In this document: positions 45,080-54,247 of the stretch, in pieces
Layout of the letters: the number at the start of each line of letters is the position of its first letter
Numbering within the stretch: position 1 is the stretch's first letter
From: an uncultured Gammaproteobacteria bacterium
Lineage (GTDB): Bacteria; Patescibacteriota; Patescibacteriia; Magasanikbacterales; UBA922
Assembly: GCA_964522405.1 (NCBI GenBank)
Contig: CAZFTR010000003.1
Location: 35,711 to 99,710, forward strand
DNA length: 64,000 nt
Direction: 5' to 3'
Made by a program: the position numbers and the translations under genes
Notes under the pieces: model-generated
Databases searched by the model: none
Told to the model about the DNA's origin: nothing
The model's input: the letters and a program-made list of their open reading frames with translations, nothing else

Positions 45080-45811
45080 TTGCATATGTTAAAAAAACTA
45101 ATTTATATAATTCAATTCCGAACAGATGCTTCAGAAGAGCATGAAAAAAAATGTTTCAATGAGCAATTAAGTGATTATCAAGATAATCTAGTTTTTATAA
45201 ATGCTGTGAATCAAGAACTTTCACTTGAAAAAATGCCCAATGTAGCTGCAATTATTCTTGGCGGAAGCGGTCAATTCTATGCCTCAAAAGATGATCAAAG
45301 AGCTCCTCATAAAAAAACTCTTGATTTTATAGATCGAGTTTTGGAGGCAGAGATCCCGCTGCTTGGAATATGTTATGGAATGCAAATGTTATGTGTGAAA
45401 TACGGATCTAAAATGGTGGATGATAAAAAATATCATGAAAATGGTAGTTTTTTGGTGGAGAAGTTGGCAGCGGCAGATAGCGATCCTTTGCTTGGTAAAA
45501 TGCCACAAGAATTTTTTGGTCAATTTGGTCATAAAGAGGCTGCTATAAACATTCCTGATGATTTAATATGTCTTGCCAGATCAGAGCGGGTTGATTGTCA
45601 GGCTGTTCGTGTGAAAGGTAAGGATGCTTGGGGTGTTCTTTTCCATGCAGAATTAAATTATCAGCATCTTAGAGAAAGGACTATGATTTTTCCTGACTAC
45701 GCAAGTGATCCGCAAAATCTTGAAGAGTCAATGAAGAATTTTCAAGAGGCTCCGGAGTCAAATGATTTCCTTAGATTTTTTGTTAAGTTGGCTTTGGATA
45801 AAAATCATTGA
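45080..45811 (+). CDS. Class I glutamine amidotransferase-like protein (standalone GATase1 / gamma-glutamyl hydrolase-like)
   Basis: Nucleophile elbow LLGICYGMQ and a His in VLFHAELN. No synthase domain is fused. Confidence 0.65.
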   Translation: MHMLKKLIYIIQFRTDASEEHEKKCFNEQLSDYQDNLVFINAVNQELSLEKMPNVAAIILGGSGQFYASKDDQRAPHKKTLDFIDRVLEAEIPLLGICYGMQMLCVKYGSKMVDDKKYHENGSFLVEKLAAADSDPLLGKMPQEFFGQFGHKEAAINIPDDLICLARSERVDCQAVRVKGKDAWGVLFHAELNYQHLRERTMIFPDYASDPQNLEESMKNFQEAPESNDFLRFFVKLALDKNH

Positions 45812-46071
45812 CAAGAGTAATTTTTTTTGATAGCTTGTAGTTAAGTATGAGTAATATAAAAACAAACAACTTCTTTTTCTTTTTTGGAGATTCCGCTAGG
45901 CGGTAAGTCTTTTTCAAAAGATTTGTTCACCGCCAAAAGCGGTGTTTTTTTCTACTCAATTTTGGTTTGACAACGGTATTTAGGTAAATATCATTGTCAG
46001 TCCAAAAGCATTTGCCTAGGACTAACTGCTCTTTCTTTTTTTGTTTTTTCTTCGGCACAGGGGTCTATTCC

Positions 46072-47052
46072 ATGTTCAAAAAGACGGCGCTTCTCGCCAC
46101 TCTCAAGGTCCTCCAGGCGTATGCTGCCAAGCAGGCTGTCGATCAGATGTTCGAGGCACAGAGGCGTGCCTTCGACAAGATGAGCGACTTCCAACGGCGT
46201 CTCGCCAGGCGTGCCTTCATCTACAGGCGTCGGGCTATGTACGCCAGGAACTGGCACAACCCTCGTACTGTGGGGTGCGAGCTCGAACTCGTCATGTGTC
46301 GTCTTTCCGAGGACGGCAGCTTCTACGAGATCCATGGCAAGGTCGCGGAGCTGGTCGAGAAGATCGCAGCTCAGCATCCGAAGCTGGCCAAGTTCTTCGA
46401 CATCGAGTTCTCGGCGCATCAGATCGAGATCAGAACCGGAGTGCACATCTGCATTAACCAGATGCTCGACGAGCTGTTCGAGCTGATCGGCATCGCTCGA
46501 AAGGTCGCGGCTGAGCTGGGCTACGAACTCCACGCGGTTGAGTACATCGACTGCGAGTACAAGTTCGCTGCCCTCGACGTCACGCCGGGAGAAGTCGAGC
46601 CTGCCTACCTGGCCTTTGCCATGCAGAACCCGAGCAAGATCGACGCCATGTGCCGCGTGGCAGCGTTCCAGGTCTCGTTCGGACTCTGCAGCGAGCGCGA
46701 GGCCATCGACGTGCACAACCGGCTCATCGAGGCTCTGCCTGAGCTCATGCTTCGCTGGATGGACAGCGTTCGCAAGAAGCTCTTCGGACAGGTCATCGCG
46801 CCTGGGGTCTTCGACACGGGTCCGCTTCAGAACCTGGGCGAGCTCTTCGACCGCATGGCTGAGGCTGGATGTCTCGGTGGTCGCAAGGGGCGTTACTACC
46901 CGGCGATTCGGCTCCAGGACAAGATCCCGGTGGCTGAAGTGCGGATCGGCGGCGCCACCGACGATCGGGAGCAGATGTTCCGGATGATCTGCGAGTTCTT
47001 CAAGGTCGCATTCCCGAGAGAGGCTCCGCCTCTCCGTCACATCTTCTGGTAG
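46072..47052 (+). CDS. GCS2/YbdK-like carboxylate-amine ligase-related protein (short paralog, tentative); strongly GC-rich
   Basis: GC-rich third codon positions on the plus strand. TVGCELELVMCRL resembles the YbdK 'TLGIELEM' ligase motif. The first 26 codons of the ORF track (FFFCFFF...) are AT-rich non-coding, so the start is placed at 46072. The minus-strand ORF 45997..47040 is an antisense shadow. Confidence 0.4.
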   Translation: MFKKTALLATLKVLQAYAAKQAVDQMFEAQRRAFDKMSDFQRRLARRAFIYRRRAMYARNWHNPRTVGCELELVMCRLSEDGSFYEIHGKVAELVEKIAAQHPKLAKFFDIEFSAHQIEIRTGVHICINQMLDELFELIGIARKVAAELGYELHAVEYIDCEYKFAALDVTPGEVEPAYLAFAMQNPSKIDAMCRVAAFQVSFGLCSEREAIDVHNRLIEALPELMLRWMDSVRKKLFGQVIAPGVFDTGPLQNLGELFDRMAEAGCLGGRKGRYYPAIRLQDKIPVAEVRIGGATDDREQMFRMICEFFKVAFPREAPPLRHIFW

Positions 47053-47094
47053 GAGGAAGGGGGGGAGGTCGGCGTGTTCCCCACCACGCTGACC

Positions 47095-47136
47095 AAACTC
47101 TTTTGCATATAAGTTTTATATGCAAAAGAGTTTTTT
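47095..47136 (+). terminator. Strong terminator: 18-bp stem AAACTCTTTTGCATATAA-GTT-TTATATGCAAAAGAGTTT plus T-run
   Basis: Read directly from sequence. Confidence 0.75.
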
Positions 47137-47573
47137 CCACAAAATTTATTGACTGATTTTGTATATATGCTAATCTATAATTAGTATGAATCTAAAAAAT
47201 AGTCAAAAATTCATTATTCTGCCAGTGACTCCCTCCTAATTTGGCGGTTTTTTAGAACATATTTACCTCAACCCGCCAAAAAGGCGGGATTTTATTTATT
47301 TGGCTAATTTAAGATAAATCCCTTGACTAAACCATCTAAATTTGCTAATTTAAATTGTTAAATAGTGTTAAGATTAGAAGTTGATAAATAATATGATTAT
47401 TTTACAACTTTTGTTCTTTACAGTTGATGCTAGAAATTGTCCTTGTCTATTGATTTGCTGAATTTTCAGTGCATCAATAGGCAAGGACAGCTCTGTCCGG
47501 GCCGGTACGGGCATGACGTCCAAGCTGGCTTTGCCAGACAACCACCACGAAGCAGAGGGAGTCGAGAAGGCAA

Positions 47574-48950
47574 TTGGCCACGAAGCGACATCGAAACAAT
47601 TACGAGCGGGTTCGCAACAGACTCGCTGAACTCTTCACCAACGTCCCACGTGTTGCACTGGGACAGCGATTGACGCTGGGGCTTGAGGAGGAGTTCCAGT
47701 TCGTTCAGTCGACCGGCCTTCCCGGCCAGGCCTACCCCGTCATCGAGGGTGTCAGCCGGATGGAGGGCTACGAAGCTGTCTACGACGACATCTTCACTGA
47801 CGAGCTGATAGCTGCCCGTCATCCGGTTTTCGGGGGGCTGGGCTGGGATGCCGGCTACTCTCTGGTCGAGTGGGATTCCCCGCCTGTCACTCGAGTACAG
47901 ACGGCCGACGCTCTGCGCAACCAGATGCTCTGCACGGTGCTGCCGCTCGCAGGCCGAAACAGGCTGACGGTGGCGGGTATCGGCAGACTGCCTCTCGGCA
48001 AGGGCAGATCTGAGAGCTGGAAGCGCAAGGGTCGCTATGAGACCATGCGTTCCTGCTACGGGCCGGAGATCAACGCCGCTACCATGTGTGCGGCTCGCCA
48101 GGTCTCGGTCGGCACGCGGAGTATGCGTCACCAGATCAAGGTGACCAACACCTTCCTGGCGCTCTCGGGCGCCATCACGGCCATGACCGCCAACTCTCCG
48201 ATTCACTGCGGTCGAGCGCACAAGAAGATGCTGGCTTCGCGTCAGTTCTTCTGGTCCTCGTTCGCTGAGGCGAGTCGGGTCGGAGTCCCCAACCGACCCT
48301 TCGGCGGTCTCGGCTCTCTCCTCGACTGGCTGCTCGGCGAGAAGCTGCTCTTCTACAAGAAGGATGGCCAGTACGTCAAGTGCGGTCAACTCTTCTGGAG
48401 GGCGGCGGCTCGCTACGTCAACGACGACGAGATGTTCACGCAGATGGCACTGCTCCACATCGGCACCTGCTGGCAGGAGGCGCGGGCACGCATTCTCAAC
48501 GGTACGGTCGAGTTCCGCTCCATGTGCCAGCAGCCTCAGTCCACTGGTGCTGCCTGCGAGGCTCTGATCGTCGGACTGGCTGAGAACGTCGGCGAGGCCT
48601 GGGATCTGGTTCTGACCCACACCTGGGATCAGTGGCGAGAGAGTCGCGATCGTGGAGCCTGCCTCAGCTTCGGCGCCAAGGTCGGTCGCGAGCCCATGGT
48701 TCGAGTCTGCAACAGCGTGCTCAACGTGGCTGAGCGTGGACTCAAGATGCGTAAGTTGCGCGAAGAGCGCTATCTGCGCCCCTTCCGCGAGCGCGTCCTG
48801 CGCCGTCGGGCCCCGGCTCTCGACCAGCTTCGTTCCTGGGGCAAGGGTGGGCGCCAGCAGCTGATCCAGGACTCGGCCTACGAGATTGAGGCGTTGCCCA
48901 GCTACAGCAGCTACCGCGACCAGCTCGAGGCCATGGCCAGCTGCGCCTAG
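47574..48950 (+). CDS. Glutamate-cysteine-ligase family 2 (GCS2/YbdK-type) carboxylate-amine ligase; strongly GC-rich
   Basis: LTLGLEEEFQFVQSTGL matches the GCS2 N-terminal signature. GC-rich third codon positions. The annotated start is TTG, and the true start may be the in-frame TTG just before TLGLEEEF. The minus-strand ORF 47466..48974 is an antisense shadow. Confidence 0.55.
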   Translation: MATKRHRNNYERVRNRLAELFTNVPRVALGQRLTLGLEEEFQFVQSTGLPGQAYPVIEGVSRMEGYEAVYDDIFTDELIAARHPVFGGLGWDAGYSLVEWDSPPVTRVQTADALRNQMLCTVLPLAGRNRLTVAGIGRLPLGKGRSESWKRKGRYETMRSCYGPEINAATMCAARQVSVGTRSMRHQIKVTNTFLALSGAITAMTANSPIHCGRAHKKMLASRQFFWSSFAEASRVGVPNRPFGGLGSLLDWLLGEKLLFYKKDGQYVKCGQLFWRAAARYVNDDEMFTQMALLHIGTCWQEARARILNGTVEFRSMCQQPQSTGAACEALIVGLAENVGEAWDLVLTHTWDQWRESRDRGACLSFGAKVGREPMVRVCNSVLNVAERGLKMRKLREERYLRPFRERVLRRRAPALDQLRSWGKGGRQQLIQDSAYEIEALPSYSSYRDQLEAMASCA

Positions 48951-49208
48951 CATCAACGACCGAATCGCCGTCATCAGGGAGACGGCGTGTAGGGAGGGAA
49001 TTGGGCGGAGTGTGTGCGTGTCATGCGTAGCACACCGCCCCGGTTCTTGTGCAAATAAGTTTATTGTTTGTAAAAGAAACTTTAATAGTGAGTAATCAAT
49101 AGTGTTTAAGCACTATTGATTTTTTTATTTAATAAATCTTAATCAGTAACAAAATTGCCAGTAAGTTTTTTTTGTGTTAATCTTCACCTCATAAATTATA
49201 AAATTCTT

Positions 49209-50300
49209 ATGGAAAAAATTGATGAAATGGTAAAAATAACTTCTGATCTAATTAGAATTAGATCTACTCATGACAGACAAGATCAAATTGCCAAGTGTGT
49301 TGACTATGTGGCTGATTTTTTTAAAGAAACTGAATTAAAAGTTGAAAGATTTGAATCAGATGGTGTTGCTTCTCTTGTGGTAACCAAAAATACAAATTCA
49401 CCAACTGTTTTTTTATGTGGGCATGTTGATGTTGTTGATGGTCAAGAAAAACAATTTCTGCCAGAAATTGAAGAAGATAAAATATTTGGACGTGGAGCTA
49501 TGGATATGAAGAGTGGAGTTGCTATTATGATGATTCTTATGAAGGAGCTCTCAACAACTGAACATAATTTTGGATTGATGATTGTTGGAGATGAAGAAAT
49601 CGGCGGGGCCAATGGTTCAGCCTTTCTACTAGAGAAAGGCTATAGATGTAAGTCTGTGGTAATTGCTGACGGCGGTGAAAAAATTAATAGAATAATTGAA
49701 AAGGAGAAGGCCTCTTTGAGAATTAAATTAACTGCCAGTGGAAAATCTACACATAGTTCAAGACCATGGCTTGGCATAAATGCCAATGAAATATTAATTG
49801 AAGCTATTCAGAAAATTAAAACTTTATTTATAAATCTTGATGAGCATCCAGAGGATCACTGGGTAAAGACTCTTAGTGTCGGCAAAATAAATGGAGGCAT
49901 TGCTTATAATCAAGTTCCTGCAAGCGCTCAGGCAGAGTGTAATATTCGTTATACGGAAAATGAGACAAGAGATCAGATTATTTCTTCTATCAAAGCTGTT
50001 TTACCGGAAAATGTTGAAATTGAATATATAGGTATTTGTGACGGGTTTAAACTTGAAAAAGAAGATTCAATGGTTCAGGAATATCAAAAAGCAATAGAAT
50101 CAGTAGGAAAAACCCCTGAATTTCTTAAGACCCATGGTGGATCTGATGCAGGTTATTTTGCTAAATTGGGAATTCCGGTACTTATGAGCCAGCCTGAAGG
50201 TGCTAATCTTCATGCTGATGGTGAGTATGTTTATATATCTTCTATGGTTGATTATTATAAAATGTTGCGCAGTTTTTTAAATTCTGTAGCTTTAAAATAG
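49209..50300 (+). CDS. M20-family metallopeptidase / deacylase (ArgE/DapE-like)
   Basis: GHVDVV, GRGAMDMKSG and DEEIGG metal-binding motifs. Dimerisation-domain layout. Confidence 0.75.
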   Translation: MEKIDEMVKITSDLIRIRSTHDRQDQIAKCVDYVADFFKETELKVERFESDGVASLVVTKNTNSPTVFLCGHVDVVDGQEKQFLPEIEEDKIFGRGAMDMKSGVAIMMILMKELSTTEHNFGLMIVGDEEIGGANGSAFLLEKGYRCKSVVIADGGEKINRIIEKEKASLRIKLTASGKSTHSSRPWLGINANEILIEAIQKIKTLFINLDEHPEDHWVKTLSVGKINGGIAYNQVPASAQAECNIRYTENETRDQIISSIKAVLPENVEIEYIGICDGFKLEKEDSMVQEYQKAIESVGKTPEFLKTHGGSDAGYFAKLGIPVLMSQPEGANLHADGEYVYISSMVDYYKMLRSFLNSVALK

Positions 50301-50447
50301 TATTTTAGCCTTTAATTAGCTTATTCTTGACAAAAAAAACCAATTTTGATATAGTAGTCACGCCCTTTTTTGGGCGTTTTGTCTTGTTACGATCCAAGAC
50401 TCGGTCGAAGGGGGATAATTAAATTATTAACTAAATCAGTATTTCGT

Positions 50448-51056
50448 ATGAATAATTATGAAATGCTTTGTGTATTACCAGGAACTTTAACAGAAACTGA
50501 AGTAAAAGAACTTCTGCAAAATGTTGAAGATACATTGAAGAAATACGGTGGTACAATTGCCAAAACCCATGACATGGGAAAAAACAGACTTGCCTATCCA
50601 ATGCAACACATTAGATATGGATATTTTCAACTTTTTTATTTTTCTGCAGAACCAGAGGCTCTTGCAGAGATTGAGCGCAGAATTCGCTTAATTGGAAAAT
50701 TGCTTAGAATAATTATTCGTGGCTATAATCCAGAAAAAGTTGACCCGGTAGAGTTTATTAGCTCTGCAAATATTACACCATCTGCGACTACAGCTCCTGA
50801 AAAAGAAGTTGCTCAGATTCCAGAAGTTACTATTCCAAAAGCCAAGAAACCAGCCATGCCAGTCGTGAAGAAAGAAGAAAAGCCTGCAGAAGTTTCAGAA
50901 ACTACAGCAGAAAAAGCAGACTTGCCTGCTGATAAGAAAGAAGAAAAGATTGCAGAAGAAAAACCAGCTCCAGAGAAAAAAGGTTCTGAAGTTACACTTG
51001 AGCAGATTGATGAGAAGCTTGATGAGCTTCTTGAAAAGGACTTGGAAAATCTATAA
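50448..51056 (+). CDS. rpsF: 30S ribosomal protein S6 with an acidic C-terminal extension
   Basis: MNNYEMLCVLPGTLTETEVKELLQNVEDTLKKYGGTIAKTHDMGKNRLAYPMQHIRYGYF. Position before ssb and rpsR. Confidence 0.85.
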   Translation: MNNYEMLCVLPGTLTETEVKELLQNVEDTLKKYGGTIAKTHDMGKNRLAYPMQHIRYGYFQLFYFSAEPEALAEIERRIRLIGKLLRIIIRGYNPEKVDPVEFISSANITPSATTAPEKEVAQIPEVTIPKAKKPAMPVVKKEEKPAEVSETTAEKADLPADKKEEKIAEEKPAPEKKGSEVTLEQIDEKLDELLEKDLENL

Positions 51057-51156
51057 AATATTTGAGATTTGCCAGTTAAGAATTATTTAATTTTTTGACT
51101 GACAGATCAGAAAAACTATGTTAACATGAAAATGTTAATTCATTAAGAAAAGTTCT

Positions 51157-51594
51157 ATGGACTTAAATCGAGCAACAATATTGGGGCGCTTAACTAGAGA
51201 TCCAGAAGTACGAAGTACAAATTCTGGACAGACTGTTACTTCTATGGGAGTAGCAACCGGAAGAGTTTGGACTGATCAGAGTGGTGTTAAACAAGAAAGA
51301 ACAGAATTCCACAATTGCGTTTTATGGGGCAGGCTTGGAGAGATCGCAGGTCAGTATCTTGCCAAAGGTAGACAAGTTTATCTAGAGGGAAGATTACAGA
51401 CACGTGATTGGACAGGCCAAGATGGTGTTAAGAGATATAAAACAGAAATTGTAGTAGAGAATATGATTATGCTTGGTGGGCCTCGATCAGGTGGTGCAGC
51501 TCCACAATCTAGTCAGGCTTCTGCTCCTGTATCAGATAATCTAGATAGTCAAGTAGTAGAAGAAGAAATTAAAGTGGAAGATATACCATTTTAA
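51157..51594 (+). CDS. ssb: Single-stranded DNA-binding protein
   Basis: OB-fold N-terminal region (ATILGRLTRDPEVR...) and the acidic C-terminal tip ending DIPF. Confidence 0.9.
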   Translation: MDLNRATILGRLTRDPEVRSTNSGQTVTSMGVATGRVWTDQSGVKQERTEFHNCVLWGRLGEIAGQYLAKGRQVYLEGRLQTRDWTGQDGVKRYKTEIVVENMIMLGGPRSGGAAPQSSQASAPVSDNLDSQVVEEEIKVEDIPF

Positions 51595-51617
51595 TTTCAA
51601 ATTAAATAATTATCGTT

Positions 51618-51857
51618 ATGATTCACAAGAAGAAAAAGAGAATTCTTGGAAAAAAGAAACGCCAGTGTTATTTCAAAGTAAATAACATTAAACATGTTGA
51701 TTATAAGGATGTTCAAACTCTTAGACGTTTTATTTCATCTTATGGAAAGATTCGTCCAAGAAGAAAAACAGGACTTTCTGCAAAATATCAACGCAAAGTT
51801 GCCAATGCTATTAAGCAGGCACGCATTGCAGGATTGATTTCTTTTGTTCCAAAATAA
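51618..51857 (+). CDS. rpsR: 30S ribosomal protein S18
   Basis: CYFKVNNIKHVDYKDVQTLRRFISSYGKIRPRRKTGLSAKYQRKVANAIKQARIAGLI. Confidence 0.9.
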   Translation: MIHKKKKRILGKKKRQCYFKVNNIKHVDYKDVQTLRRFISSYGKIRPRRKTGLSAKYQRKVANAIKQARIAGLISFVPK

Positions 51858-51997
51858 AATTCTAAAAATATAGGCTTCTATTAAGAGGCTTATAAAAAAC
51901 ATCGGTTTATAACCGGTGTTTTTTTGTGTATAATGGTAGTAGCTTAATTTGGAACAAAGCATTTTTTGTTTCAGACGGTAAATCTTGATTAAATTTT

Positions 51998-52453
51998 ATG
52001 TCACAAGAAATTGAACCATCCGGTTTTAGTCGAGAGGCAGAACCTTCCCACGAAACCAAGGAGTCAAAAGAAAAAGAACTAAGCCAGGAATTAAAAGCTG
52101 CTGCTGCCATGGAGCGCGCTGATTATCTGGCTGGTGAAGTGAAGCAAAGTAAGAAACAAATGCAAAATATTATTGTGCACATGCAGCAGGTTTTAAATAC
52201 TATTCGTCAGTTGCGAGCACAGCTTCAGCTTTCTACAGATCAAGATGTTGAATCAGTTGAACAGGATAAAGAAAGGGTTGAAAAATTGAAAAAGAAAATT
52301 GCTGAATATTCTGATGAACTTTTGAAAATGAAAGATGAACTTATTGCTGAACAAATGCAAGAATTACAAAATCAAGGAAAAGTGACAAATGATGCACTGA
52401 AAGAAACAGCAGAGAAAATGGTTGATGAAATTTTAAAAGTAGCTCAAGAATAA
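51998..52453 (+). CDS. Hypothetical coiled-coil protein
   Basis: Heptad-rich, charged, with no TM segment. It precedes the prepilin-like genes. Confidence 0.35.
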   Translation: MSQEIEPSGFSREAEPSHETKESKEKELSQELKAAAAMERADYLAGEVKQSKKQMQNIIVHMQQVLNTIRQLRAQLQLSTDQDVESVEQDKERVEKLKKKIAEYSDELLKMKDELIAEQMQELQNQGKVTNDALKETAEKMVDEILKVAQE

Positions 52454-52460
52454 TTTTACT

Positions 52461-54236
52461 ATGCGCCTGTCAAAACAAAACCAAGGATTTACTTTGATAG
52501 AGATATTGGTGTCATTGGCTATTTTTGCTTTGTTTGTGGTTGGAATTTATGGTGGAATTCAGTTAGTTTTCAGAATTGTTTATCAATCTCGAGTTACTAT
52601 TATTGAGTCAGCAATTCTCAATGAACAAGTTGAAATAGTTCGTAATTTAGCTTTTGCTGATGTTGGGATTGTCGGAGGAAGTCCATCTGGTCTCCTTGCT
52701 CGCACTGTGACTACCACCAGAAATAATATTGATTTTGAAATAACTCGAACCATTAGAAATATTGATGACGCTTATGATGGAACTGTTGGGGGTAATCCAA
52801 ATGATACTGCTCCTGCGGATTATAAATTGGTGCAAATTGAAATAAATTGTTCAAGTTGTAATCAGAGAAATCCGTTATCAGTGCAAACCTATGTGTCACC
52901 AAAATATCTGGAAGGTAATCCAGAAAATGGCGCATTATTTGTTCAAGTTTTTGATGCCAGTGCTCTACCGGTGCAAGGTGCCCAAGTTCATGTAGTTGCA
53001 ACTTCAACTGCTGTACCTGTTGATTTTACAGACACAACTGACAATGATGGGATGTTGCGCATTGTCGACCTTAGTCAGGGTCTTGGAGCTTATGATATTA
53101 CAGTTAGTAAATCCGGATTTACTAATGATGCCACTCTGAGAGCAACTCAATCAATTCCAAATCCGGTTAAGCCACCAGCTTCTGTCATTGCTCAAGATGT
53201 TAGTGAGATCAGTTTTGCAATTGATCAGATTTCTTCAGTAGATATTTCAACTATTGATGAGCAGTGTCAAGTAGTTGCTTCTGTGCCTTTTACTTTTCGT
53301 GGAACAAAATTATTGGGTACAGACCCTAATACTCTAAAGGTAAACAGCTCGGTTCAGACCAGTGGCAGTGGAACTTATACTTTTCCTTCTTTGGAGTGGG
53401 ATTCTTACGCAGTTTCTGTCAGTGATTATGATTTGATTGGTAGTATTCCAAATATTCCTTTTACATTGTTACCAGCATCAAATCAGCCAGTTCAGTTAAT
53501 AGTTGGGTCAAATGCTAGCAATTCACTTTTGATTAGTGTCAGAGATGGGATTACAGGACAGCCAGTGCCAAATGCAAGTGTTCAAGTAAGTTCCGGAGGA
53601 TTTGATCAGACCAAAATCACTGGTGTTGGAAGTACGCGACAAACTGATTGGTCTCTCGGATCTGGACAGTTATTTTTTTCTAATCAATCACAGTATTGGT
53701 TTGATGATGGTGGTATTGATGTAAATAATCCGGATGGAGATATTAAATTATTGCAAATTGGACAAAACTACGTTGCTTCAGGCGAGCTTGAATCTTCAAT
53801 TTTTGATCTTGGTACAGGTGTTGATTATGTAAATATAATTTGGGAGCCAATTTCCCAGCCAGAAGATACAGATTTGAAGTTTAGAATTGCAACTGCTGAC
53901 AATACAAATCCATCAGCTTGGGATTATTTCGGATATGATGGAACTACAAGTACTTATTATACAATTGAAAATTCTGTAATAAATTCTCTTCATGACGGAG
54001 ACAGGTATTTGAGATATAAAGCATATCTCGGCACTAGTAATTCAACATCAACTCCAGTTTTTTCTGATATCTCTTTTACTTTTACCAACAGCTGCACTCC
54101 GCCCGGCCAGGCCTATTATACTCCGAGCTCTGGAAATTATGATGTGCAAATTACTCATGGAAGTTATCAAGTTTATAATACCAATGTTGAAGTTAGTGGT
54201 GATGTATTTTTAACTGCTGACTTGGTGGCACAATAA
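52461..54236 (+). CDS. Large (591 aa) prepilin-like protein with a class III signal (G/FTLIE) and beta-rich extracellular domains
   Basis: MRLSKQNQGFTLIEILVSLAIFALFVV is a type IV pilin N-terminus. Several Ig/carbohydrate-binding-like beta segments follow. Confidence 0.7.
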   Translation: MRLSKQNQGFTLIEILVSLAIFALFVVGIYGGIQLVFRIVYQSRVTIIESAILNEQVEIVRNLAFADVGIVGGSPSGLLARTVTTTRNNIDFEITRTIRNIDDAYDGTVGGNPNDTAPADYKLVQIEINCSSCNQRNPLSVQTYVSPKYLEGNPENGALFVQVFDASALPVQGAQVHVVATSTAVPVDFTDTTDNDGMLRIVDLSQGLGAYDITVSKSGFTNDATLRATQSIPNPVKPPASVIAQDVSEISFAIDQISSVDISTIDEQCQVVASVPFTFRGTKLLGTDPNTLKVNSSVQTSGSGTYTFPSLEWDSYAVSVSDYDLIGSIPNIPFTLLPASNQPVQLIVGSNASNSLLISVRDGITGQPVPNASVQVSSGGFDQTKITGVGSTRQTDWSLGSGQLFFSNQSQYWFDDGGIDVNNPDGDIKLLQIGQNYVASGELESSIFDLGTGVDYVNIIWEPISQPEDTDLKFRIATADNTNPSAWDYFGYDGTTSTYYTIENSVINSLHDGDRYLRYKAYLGTSNSTSTPVFSDISFTFTNSCTPPGQAYYTPSSGNYDVQITHGSYQVYNTNVEVSGDVFLTADLVAQ

Positions 54237-54247
54237 TTTTTTGAAAA

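Noticed and set aside
45997-47040. 347-aa minus-strand ORF overlapping the plus-strand GCS2-like gene
   Set aside because: Antisense shadow typical of high-GC DNA. The translation is D/E/L/R-rich low complexity. The plus strand has GC-rich third codon positions and a ligase-like motif.
47466-48974. 502-aa minus-strand ORF overlapping the 458-aa GCS2 gene
   Set aside because: Same reasoning: Ala/Gly/Arg/Leu-rich antisense frame. The plus-strand frame carries the canonical TLGLEEEFQ GCS2 signature.
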